From IMG/VR virus record IMGVR_UViG_3300005201_000711, positions 1,436 through 65,435 of that record: a stretch of DNA of 64,000 nt; one strand, given 5' to 3'. Below, in pieces: positions 49,033 to 57,614 of the stretch. How positions within the stretch are numbered: position 1 is the first letter of the stretch; every line of letters starts with the position of its first letter. The stretch is from a virus. Taxonomy: Duplodnaviria; Caudoviricetes. The notes under the pieces are model-generated. The model searched no databases, was not told the origin of the DNA, and was given only the letters and a program-made list of their open reading frames with translations. Both the position numbers and the translations under genes were made by a program.

Positions 49033-49200
49033 TTATTCCGAGCTGTCTGGAGCGTCTTCGGTTCTGCCAAGTATCCAATCCAGCGTATATATAATGCCGT
49101 CTTCATAGGACATTCCCGGATACCGTGATCCGTGGCTTTGTCCTTCATTGGCCCAATCAAGGACACGGAATAACTCGTCTTTTGTCTGCTTAATTTCCAT
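49033..49200 (-). CDS. 55-aa hypothetical protein
   Basis: Not in ORF track; MEIKQTKDELFRVLDWANEGQSHGSRYPGMSYEDGIIYTLDWILG..; SD AGAGGAG. Confidence 0.55.
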   Translation of the reverse strand: MEIKQTKDELFRVLDWANEGQSHGSRYPGMSYEDGIIYTLDWILGRTEDAPDSSE

Positions 49201-51986
49201 GATTCTTTTCTCCTCTGTTAAACTCCTCTACCCATTCCTGTCCAGGGACATCTACAAATCTGTCATCAGCGTCAGAGCTATGGCATGATCCACCCTCGAA
49301 CCTATAGACAGGAAAACCACCTTCATTTCCGGTATAGCGTCCAATATAGCCGCCATGATCAGCAAACTTTGCATGATAAATTTTGCCGTCTTTTTTCATG
49401 CTATCCCCCCATCCTTTCAAACTGGTTTTTCTTGGCAAGTTTTAATCCATGCTGTAACCGTTGGTCATTATCAATGTCCTCCGGTTCCAGCCCAAGCGCG
49501 TCCAGTGTAGAAGAAACATCGCAGGAAACAACAAACTCATGATCAGCAAGTTCATAATCGAACATTTCAAAAATAAACCCTTCCCCTGTAGGATCACTGG
49601 CTATTGCGTCCTGCATTTCCTTGTCATGGCGATTGAGCATTTCATGGAGACGCGGCGCATCAGTGCGGAGATAAAATCCTCCAGTATTGCCGAAGCTATA
49701 AATTTTGTCCGTATCTTTAGACGACAATCCAAACTTCGCCATACCTTCTTCAAACTGCTTATCACTGAAAGCAAAGAAGAAAGGGAAGTCATTTACTTCT
49801 TGCTGGTGTCTGTTGTTCATTTCTGTGTATGCACTCATATTGCTGTCCTTCTTGGTGTAACATCCTCAAAAGTCCAGCCGCCAGCGGTGCTATACCGTGC
49901 TGTAAATAAATCCATACCGTTACGGCCTCCTTTATGGTGTTGGTAAGACACATTGACGCTTACCCAATACTTCAATTCTTCGGTTTTCTCATCCTCGTAA
50001 ACCGAGTTGCTGAAACTCCCAATAACACAGTATTCAAGTATTTTCCCGAATATTCCGCAGGTGGCAGCAATGTTATTTGATTGGAACTCAATATAAACAT
50101 CACTACCCCTTTCACTCACTTCCGGTTTACCGAATGTCAGCCCAAACCCAGTGAGAGTTTCCGCGTGGTTAAATAGCCCAGCAAAATCAATGCTGTTTGC
50201 AAAATCAATTTTCTGTTCGGTTGTCTTTGTCATCTTCAAAACTCCTTATCGTTATCAGCCCGGCAGTACTGCCGGGCCAGGTTGTTTCATGCAGCCGCCA
50301 TGTCATGAATAGCGGCTATTTTTTCCACCAACTCTTTGACCTTCATCCGAAGTTGAATGACCATAGATGCGTTCTGGTTCATACTTCCCCGAAGCTCATC
50401 GCACTCTTTTCTTTTGTTAAGAAGATCGATTTCGAGGGCTTGGATTTTTGACCAGGAGGTATTAAGTTTTTCCTCATACTGCGCGATGATTTCTTCCCGC
50501 GTTCTGCCATCGTAGTACCGGCTCTGGGAATACTTTGTGCTCCAAAACTCTGTGATTCCTGTATTCGGATCTGTTACTTCATAGAAAGTTCCATTGTCCT
50601 TTGTGCAGTATGTCTTGCTCATCATTCCGTACTGGTTCGGGAATGTGGTATCCTCGTGCCACTCAACGCCACGGATGATCTCTAACTTTGCGTCCTCGTA
50701 CTCTTGGAAAGTTACTGTTTTCATGCCACCGCCTCCACTAATTCCTCAATGCCAAAATACTTCCTGACATCTGCCCATGTCCCTTCGACCAGAGCCTCCT
50801 TGAAGTGGTTCTCCCTTCCCCAGAGTTCCGCTTTGCCTTTATTCGCTTTATGTCCAGAAGCCGGAACAACGGTATAGATAACCTCTCCGGTTTTCATATC
50901 GCAGAACCGGAAGTCATCATACAGGCTTCCAATTACAGGGCAGTTGTTTTTGAAGAAAACATACATGGTATGCGGATTGATTTTCTGCGACAGCACGATT
51001 TCCTTTACCTTCGGAAAGAGCGCGTCCAGTCTTTTCTTAAGCTGCTTGTCCTTGCAAAACCAATCGTACCAACCCGCTTCAATCATTGTGTCAACGTCAT
51101 CACGGTCATACTCGCCACGGTCATAGTTACGCATAAAATTGCGTACCGTTATATTTTCCCTCATGCCGCTACCCCTTCCTTTTCTTTGGAAACATTTACA
51201 ATTCCCAAAAAGTCAATCAGTTCATTCAACTGGCTCAATACATGAGAAGCTGATCCTACGTGGCCCCAGTTTATTTCTTCAGGCGCACATTCCATGTGGT
51301 TACCCATATACCCACGCAGGGCTTCAAGGCTCTCGTTGATTTCGCCAATCTTGCCTACAAAAGCATTCAGGGCTTTTTCGTTTGTCTTTGTCATGCCACC
51401 ACCCCTTTATTGCTACCGGAAATGATCCTATCGCTGTAATCGCGCTCATTAACCACACCGTAGGTTTCACCATTGCGAGAAAAACCGTAAATATTACCAG
51501 TGATGAATTCCAACGCTAATTTTGCCACATCCCACTTGTGCATCATTTCGTTACAGCATTTCTTTTCATCATCGTATTCAATGCGGTTTCTCCGCTTTTG
51601 TTCGATAACCAGTAAGTAGTAATCCCACGCTTGGACAATGCTTTCTACCTCGTGGAAAAACTCGCTTTTCACCAATCTGTCCATTGCAGCTTTAGATAAT
51701 TTCTTGCTCTCATTCATGCCGCAACCCCCTTGTACCAAACCACGTCTTCATAATCCTTGAAGTCAGACCAGACGGACAAAACGTCATCAAGCTCTATGCT
51801 GCCGTCCATGATGCTCTGAACAAGCTCTACCGCTACCGCTTCGTTCACCCAATACATCTTGAAAGCCGACATTCCAGGGACTTGCCGGTAGTAGCTTCTC
51901 CCCCTCCTGTACCCGCTGGTCATACAGGCCATAGCTTTTCCGCTGTCGTAAAACTCGATGTTCACGCAATAAAACCTTGTCTTCAT
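49190..51986 (-). other. Array of about 8 small coupled early hypothetical genes (49190-49438, 49401-49838, 49835-50239, 50287-50724, 50721-51164, 51161-51394, 51391-51717, 51714-51986)
   Basis: Consecutive minus-strand ORFs with ATGA overlaps downstream of promoter at about 52140. Confidence 0.6.
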
Positions 51987-51989
51987 ATC

Positions 51990-52105
51990 CGTACCCCTTG
52001 TCTAAAAAAAATGCCCCTCGGAGGTTAGGGGCTCCTTGGGGCTGGCTGCTCGCCAAAAGCCGCCCGGAAGTCCCTAACTCCTTCCGGGGGGCTTTTAATC
52101 ATTAT
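51990..52105 (-). ncRNA. Structured leader C with two hairpins/terminators
   Basis: Stems 52055-52096 and 52013-52032 followed by U8, then SD. Confidence 0.5.
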
Positions 52106-52113
52106 CTGTTATA

Positions 52114-52166
52114 ATAATATCGTAACATTACGACATTTGTCAAGCGGGTTTGTCGGAATATTACGA
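52114..52166 (-). promoter_or_regulatory. Promoter with palindromic operators
   Basis: TTGACA-N18-TATTAT; TCGTAACATTACGA (52120-52133) and TCGGAATATTACGA (52153-52166). Confidence 0.6.
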
Positions 52167-52240
52167 TTTTTTTCCTTTTTTTTGCAAAATTTCGTAAAAA
52201 ATCGACATTTTTTAAGAAATATGCGAAAATAACCGATATT

Positions 52241-52501
52241 ATGGCTATGAAAGGTGTTACGATTGACGAAATTGCGGAAACACTACACATACACTGGAAA
52301 ACCGCCCATAAGCGGATAGAAAGATTGGGGATAAAGCCTATATCGTATAAAGCCCAATATGATCCTTCTGTTATAGAGGCCATACGCGATGTTCCGGGCC
52401 AGGGCCGTCCCAAAAAGGCTGTAGAGCAAGACCTCCCCGTATCTGGAAAAAGGAAACCGGGAAGGCCCAAAAAACAAGCCGTCACGAAACCATCTCCTTG
52501 A
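52241..52501 (+). CDS. Small HTH regulator with two AT-hook-like GRPKK motifs
   Basis: TIDEIAETLHIHWKTAHKRI HTH; GRPKK twice; divergent from the 52.1-kb promoter. Confidence 0.6.
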   Translation: MAMKGVTIDEIAETLHIHWKTAHKRIERLGIKPISYKAQYDPSVIEAIRDVPGQGRPKKAVEQDLPVSGKRKPGRPKKQAVTKPSP

Positions 52502-52712
52502 AGCGGGAACAGCCGCTTTTCCCCCAGACACGCGCCTCTGATTGGTTCACCAATACTTGAAAAAGGTAGTGGCAAAATGTTACTGCGGAGGGGTGTCGCC
52601 GGAAGTCATCACAGCACCGACAGCACCGAGCCTTGTCCACCGCAACCTGTTGAAAGTGAAACCTGCTATTGAAGTCCTTCCGTGTCGTTTTTTCAGTCCA
52701 CATACTCGCTAC

Positions 52713-53090
52713 CTAAAAATCCTCGCTGTCATCGGCTGTGGTTTGAGATGTGTCATGGTTAGTCTTTGACCTGGAACCGAACTCCACGCGCTCCGCAATT
52801 ATCAGCACCGCGCTTCGCTGCCTACCTTCGACCTCCCAGCGGTTTTGTTTCAGGCGGCCAGTTACACGAATCTCATCACCCTTCTTGACCTTTTCCCCGC
52901 AGAGTTTTGCGGTTTCGGCGAAGCAGTCAACGTCAAAGAAAGAGACCTCTTTTTCAAAGTTTTCTCCAGCCTTATAAAATCTATTCGTGGCGATTGACAT
53001 CTTTCCAATCACTGCGCCGGAAGCGGTAGTTTTAATTTCCGCATCCCTGACAGCGTTTCCCTCAATAATTACAAGGTTCTGCTGGTTCAT
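52713..53090 (-). CDS. ssb: Single-stranded DNA-binding protein
   Basis: N.V.I.GN..RD.E, KG..I.V.GRL....W motifs; acidic DF tail. Confidence 0.9.
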   Translation of the reverse strand: MNQQNLVIIEGNAVRDAEIKTTASGAVIGKMSIATNRFYKAGENFEKEVSFFDVDCFAETAKLCGEKVKKGDEIRVTGRLKQNRWEVEGRQRSAVLIIAERVEFGSRSKTNHDTSQTTADDSEDF

Positions 53091-53341
53091 TACACATACC
53101 TCCTATCCACGGAAAAATCCTTTTTGAAACGGCGTGGCTTATAGCCGGTTCTGTTTGCATAGGACTTTCCAAAGCAGCCCGCGTGAAACCCCTTCTTGCT
53201 ACCGCTATGGCGTCCACCACCATGCCCTCCGTAGGGATCATCTTTAGTCATTCTTTCCTGCTGTCTTCTTTCATGCCTGTTCATACACCCCTCTCTCCTA
53301 AGAATTATTTTTTCTGCGGCCAATCCCGCCGCCGTATTCAC
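53090..53341 (-). CDS. Small basic hypothetical protein
   Basis: MNRHERR.. ORF. Confidence 0.4.
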   Translation of the reverse strand: MNTAAGLAAEKIILRREGCMNRHERRQQERMTKDDPYGGHGGGRHSGSKKGFHAGCFGKSYANRTGYKPRRFKKDFSVDRRYV

Positions 53342-54860
53342 GCTTGACCCATATCCAGACCGTTTCTAATTCGGTCTGGTTCATTTCTGCCACCGGCTTC
53401 GGACAGACCAGTTTCATTCGCCGATACAACATTTTTTGATGCGCTTGTTTATTCCCATGCCCCTGCTCATTCAAAAAAGCCGTTACTATGCCGTTGATGT
53501 TTTTCCGCAGTATTTTTTCCGCATCGCTGGGGGAGCATGGGGGAAGCACTATCGCTGCTGGCGCAGGTTCATTCTCGCCTTTAGCTCTGGAACTCACCGG
53601 AATTATCCAAGGCCGCGCTTCTCCGTTGCCTTCTCCGGCATTATCTTGAGAGGGAATAAGATCCTGCTGGTTATCAGGATTTGACAGTGGTACAAGCTGC
53701 TCCTGCTCAATCATCCGGATCACTTTTTTGAACTGCCAGTCCGCTGGTGCGATAACTAAAGCGCGTTCTTTTCTTGGAGCGATACGGTTCGCTCTTGCAA
53801 AGCACTGCTCAAGCCAGGGAAGGGAACGGATATGGGAGAGACAGCAGATAGTTGTTATCTGCGGAACATTCAAGCCCTCATAGGCCATTGCTACCGTTAC
53901 GAGTATGCTATACGCGCCTCGCTTAAAGTCATGGATGTTTTTCCGCGCTTGCGGGGTGTCCTCGCTGGTGGCAATTCTCGCCTGATATCTGCGCTGCGCC
54001 AGATAGTCATAGTATGTTTTCGCTATTTCGATATTAGGCGCTACTACCAGCATTTTTGCTTCATAGTTGTTCCAGACCGTTCCGACAAATTCTTTCAAGG
54101 CTATGTTCAGAAGATGATCCGCGTACTCGGTACGGAGCGCGGTAAAGAGGGCTTTTGCTGATTCCTCTCCGGAGATTGCGGAGGTGCTTTCGTGGCCGTC
54201 CATCTCCTTCCACGTAGCTTCTCCGTCAACGAGTTGGAACTGTACCGGAAGAATTGCCCTGTCCGCTATAGCGGTTTTCCGGCCATAGCTGATAACACGC
54301 TGGGTATCCGTGTTCTTAAGTACCGGCTCACCGTGGGAATAATCCAGAAATGCAATGCGCTGACCGTCCCCGCGTGAAAGTGTCCCTGATGCCTTTATTA
54401 CCAGCACTGCTTGATCTACAAGCGGCTGTACCGCTTTATGCCACTCCGAACTCTCGGCGATGTGGTGGAACTCGTCCAGAAATAAAATGTATTTGTGTTT
54501 TTTGAATTCCCGCGCATGGCACTCCGGGTTCGTACCGACAGCCTGATAAGTAGTTACATAACCAGCAAGCCCACGCGATAAATCTCTACCATTTTCTGCG
54601 GCGCGTATGCGCTTATCCGTCTGCCAGTGTGGACTACAGAACTCATCCTCCCCTTGATACTTGAGGCTGTTGCGTGGAACCACCCAGCAGATTTTTTCCG
54701 CTATAGTCGGTATAAGGTTCTCCGCTACAATTACAGGAACAAAGGACTTACCGCCTCCGGGGGTAACGGATAGAACTATTTCTCGGATAGGATTACCGCT
54801 AAGTATTTCGCGGCATACCTCTATAATTTCTTGCTGGTGCTTCCGCAATGTGAATGACAT
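53298..54860 (-). CDS. SF2 DEAD/DEAH-box helicase
   Basis: TPGGGKS, DEFHH, SGT, Q..ARANR motifs. Confidence 0.88.
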   Translation of the reverse strand: MSFTLRKHQQEIIEVCREILSGNPIREIVLSVTPGGGKSFVPVIVAENLIPTIAEKICWVVPRNSLKYQGEDEFCSPHWQTDKRIRAAENGRDLSRGLAGYVTTYQAVGTNPECHAREFKKHKYILFLDEFHHIAESSEWHKAVQPLVDQAVLVIKASGTLSRGDGQRIAFLDYSHGEPVLKNTDTQRVISYGRKTAIADRAILPVQFQLVDGEATWKEMDGHESTSAISGEESAKALFTALRTEYADHLLNIALKEFVGTVWNNYEAKMLVVAPNIEIAKTYYDYLAQRRYQARIATSEDTPQARKNIHDFKRGAYSILVTVAMAYEGLNVPQITTICCLSHIRSLPWLEQCFARANRIAPRKERALVIAPADWQFKKVIRMIEQEQLVPLSNPDNQQDLIPSQDNAGEGNGEARPWIIPVSSRAKGENEPAPAAIVLPPCSPSDAEKILRKNINGIVTAFLNEQGHGNKQAHQKMLYRRMKLVCPKPVAEMNQTELETVWIWVKREYGGGIGRRKNNS

Positions 54861-55471
54861 TACTTTTCCCCTTTTGGAAATTGCGTAATATTACCGGCAA
54901 CGATATTAAACTCATCGTCATTGCCGTCATCGTCTTCGTCATCGAACAGGGATTGGTCAGGGCTGGTACTATGTTCATCTCCGTCTTCAAAGGGAAGCTC
55001 CCCCTGTTCCCTCGCGCCATTGGCATAAAGCTCAATCTCTTCCCGGAGATGGATTATTTTTTCTACAAGGGAGTTTTGCTGTTCAATTCTTGTTTGATAG
55101 CTTATGTCTGTAGAAGTTGCGTCATCAGCACGGAGAGGAAGCCTGTCAGTTTTCAGGATATGCTTTACATAGACATTTTCTTTTGTTCTGATTGTAAGCT
55201 CAAGCACAAAACCGTCTGGGCCGTTCTCCGGGTAGCTGAAAGTTATTTGACGAAACTGCGCTGTAATACCCTCGAACCTAAAGAATTTTAGCGCCGATAC
55301 AACAACACCAGAAACAGCGTTCAGTAAATTTCCTGTCGGCCTATCATTGGTCTGGATCCTTTGTTTTTCGGTATTGGTTTCAAAGGTAACATTATATGTG
55401 TATTCTCCACCAACCTTAAACTGTAAAATAATCATGCTAAATAACTCCCGCCTCTTTGAGTTGTTCCTCAA
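54860..55471 (-). CDS. Hypothetical protein with acidic tail
   Basis: Coupled ORF. Confidence 0.5.
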   Translation of the reverse strand: MRNNSKRRELFSMIILQFKVGGEYTYNVTFETNTEKQRIQTNDRPTGNLLNAVSGVVVSALKFFRFEGITAQFRQITFSYPENGPDGFVLELTIRTKENVYVKHILKTDRLPLRADDATSTDISYQTRIEQQNSLVEKIIHLREEIELYANGAREQGELPFEDGDEHSTSPDQSLFDDEDDDGNDDEFNIVAGNITQFPKGEK

Positions 55472-55811
55472 GGCTTTCTATAGAATTGACGACAATCCCA
55501 ATGCCACCGTTCCGGTTCACGCAGTCCAAGAACTCTTTTTGGGGCTTGGATAGCCTACCGCCTACTGGTCTCTTGCACTCAATCCAGATAGATATTCCGT
55601 TAGGCCCGATAGCACAAAAATCGGACATACCTTTTACCCCAAAGCGCACAAGGCGACCGTGGCTGTCTTTAAGACCTCCGCTGTTCATTCGCCAGTGAGG
55701 TATCTGGTGTATTGCAAGCCATTCCGAAACCATACGGTTTACAGGATTTTCCTTTACCATCCGTAATGGGTTTTTAGATTTGCGTTTTCGACCGTAGGCC
55801 ATCCCAAGCAT
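55437..55811 (-). CDS. VRR-NUC nuclease
   Basis: G.SD......IECK...G.LS..QKEFL......GG...V. Confidence 0.8.
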   Translation of the reverse strand: MLGMAYGRKRKSKNPLRMVKENPVNRMVSEWLAIHQIPHWRMNSGGLKDSHGRLVRFGVKGMSDFCAIGPNGISIWIECKRPVGGRLSKPQKEFLDCVNRNGGIGIVVNSIESLEEQLKEAGVI

Positions 55812-55823
55812 TCTCCTGTTCCT

Positions 55824-55877
55824 TCTCTCCACGCGGGAGAGAGAATTTAGATTATTCGTGTCGGTTAGCACCGACAC
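55824..55877 (-). promoter_or_regulatory. Double-hairpin target-recognition cassette downstream of VR2
   Basis: GTGTCGGT-TAGC-ACCGACAC (55858-55877) and TCTCTCC-ACGCG-GGAGAGA (55824-55842), given on + strand. Confidence 0.65.
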
Positions 55878-56436
55878 AGAAAGCGGGGGCGCAGCCACCC
55901 ACAGAACTCGCGCCGCCATCGTAGCTGTGGCCATCGAGGCTGACAATACAGAAGTCGGAAGACGACCCGGAATAGCGAGGCTTAAGCCAATACCACCAGC
56001 TCACGCCGTTGTAATTTTTCACTCCCTGATTTTCTTCGGGCAGGAAAACACGGATGCTTTCTCCGATAACAGATACCATGTCAGCATTACGTGCCGCGCT
56101 GTGAAAGGCTTCTTTAACTTCTTCACTTGCCAGATATTCAGATAACAGATCGCGGTCTGTGCCGTTGTCTGTATCCCTCGCGGAATGAATGAGAATATCC
56201 TTGCTGTAGTAATTCCCATCCCCCTTGAGTTCAAATACACCACGGGTCTTCTGCTTGTTAAAATGCAAGCCTCCGATATCCGCTTCCGGCCATTCAATAT
56301 CAAGCTCGATAACCTTTTCCCGGCCAGAACATTCTCCAGTACAAGCAGAGGTACTCTTGCCCTCCAGCTTGTCAATCCGTTTCTTGAGGTCTGATAATTC
56401 AGCCTCTACTTTTTCGCACCATTCCCTGTCTTTCAT
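55852..56436 (-). CDS. Remote DGR target 2: coiled coil plus truncated CLec-type variable domain
   Basis: C-terminus WYWL.....SGSSSDFC.VS..G.S....ASSVGGCAPAFCV; contains VR2. Confidence 0.88.
   Translation of the reverse strand: MKDREWCEKVEAELSDLKKRIDKLEGKSTSACTGECSGREKVIELDIEWPEADIGGLHFNKQKTRGVFELKGDGNYYSKDILIHSARDTDNGTDRDLLSEYLASEEVKEAFHSAARNADMVSVIGESIRVFLPEENQGVKNYNGVSWWYWLKPRYSGSSSDFCIVSLDGHSYDGGASSVGGCAPAFCVGANRHE
55884..55973 (-). repeat. DGR variable repeat VR2
   Basis: 77/90 identical to TR; all 13 differences at TR adenines. Confidence 0.93.
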
Positions 56437-56452
56437 ATATTCCCCCTAAAAA

Positions 56453-56698
56453 TTAAATCCTTTCATAAAGGCTTCGGTTCTGGTCTATGGTCTTATACTG
56501 ACAATGACAGTACCGCCTCATTGCTCGCTGTATCGTATCCGTGTACATTTTCCTTGCCGGAGGATACAAAGCAGCGACATCGTTATGCAGTTGGTTTCCG
56601 TGAAACTGATAGCCCACTTTGTAACTATCAATTACTTTTCGTACCGCTTGAGCCATTGATTTCGGTTTCTCGGAACTAAAATCAAGGTCAATCTGCAT
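56453..56698 (-). CDS. Hypothetical protein
   Basis: Coupled ORF. Confidence 0.5.
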   Translation of the reverse strand: MQIDLDFSSEKPKSMAQAVRKVIDSYKVGYQFHGNQLHNDVAALYPPARKMYTDTIQRAMRRYCHCQYKTIDQNRSLYERI

Positions 56699-57173
56699 TT
56701 TTCCCCTCCCTGGGTTTCTGAAACATTTTGGAAAGTATTTTATGGGCTTCGATTAAAGCCGCTCGTAAACTATGGTGTCGTTCTGTTCGCAACAGGTTTC
56801 CGCGAGAATATTTTCCAACGTAAACTATTTCATAGGATCGCTTTTTCGTACCATTGAAAAAGTCATCGCTCCGATAAATGCGTTGCTCATAAGTAGCTGT
56901 TTCTTCAACATTGCATTTGCAATCAGGACAAGGCATATTCTTCTTTTCCTTACGTTGGATAGTCATTGGCAAAGTAAATTCCAAATCCTCCAACGACATA
57001 GAGCAAAGTTCACACTCGCCAGCTTCTCCCCATTTACCGGCACACTTAGCGCACAGATCATCTCCACACTCCACGCAGTTACCGCCCTGGCCCGGCATAC
57101 CCTCAATCTCCCAGCGGTCATTCATTTCACGTCCGCAACGATCACAAATCCTTCCCATACGTTCCCTCCCCAC
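56688..57173 (-). CDS. Cys-rich (Zn-finger) hypothetical protein
   Basis: Multiple CxxC. Confidence 0.5.
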   Translation of the reverse strand: MGRERMGRICDRCGREMNDRWEIEGMPGQGGNCVECGDDLCAKCAGKWGEAGECELCSMSLEDLEFTLPMTIQRKEKKNMPCPDCKCNVEETATYEQRIYRSDDFFNGTKKRSYEIVYVGKYSRGNLLRTERHHSLRAALIEAHKILSKMFQKPREGKNAD

Positions 57174-57174
57174 A

Positions 57175-57327
57175 TCAAAAAATAATTTTTATAACCAGCT
57201 TTGTAATAAGAGGTGATATAATTGAACCGAATATAACTCCTACAAGAACCGATATGGCTCCTTGTAACAGTCCTCTTACAATTCCCTGTTCATAGCCAAG
57301 CAAATAATGCTTATCACGCTTTTTCAT
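57175..57327 (-). CDS. 50-aa membrane peptide
   Basis: Not in ORF track; start overlaps upstream stop; hydrophobic C-terminal half. Confidence 0.4.
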   Translation of the reverse strand: MKKRDKHYLLGYEQGIVRGLLQGAISVLVGVIFGSIISPLITKLVIKIIF

Positions 57328-57614
57328 TAACCCGTCTCCTTTTCTTTCATTTCAAATACATGAAAAACCAGTTCACCACGATCAAGTTGAAATGTCCCCA
57401 AGAACTTTCCCTCATTCCCCTTAAAGCTGTGGCCTGTACCGCGAATACAAAACCATTTATCTACCGGTGGATTTTCCGGCTTTACTACCGCCCAGATACA
57501 TGGCTGATTGCTTTGTGTCTGGACAGTCAGTACTTCCGCACCGGCTGGCATAGAGACTGCCACCTCATCGCCGCACGGAATTAGATATTTGAAAATACGC
57601 TTATCATCCATCAT
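57327..57614 (-). CDS. Conserved phage hypothetical protein
   Basis: P.GAEVLTVQ.Q...P.IWA.V, GTG, GT.Q...G.LV.H.FE pattern. Confidence 0.6.
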   Translation of the reverse strand: MMDDKRIFKYLIPCGDEVAVSMPAGAEVLTVQTQSNQPCIWAVVKPENPPVDKWFCIRGTGHSFKGNEGKFLGTFQLDRGELVFHVFEMKEKETG

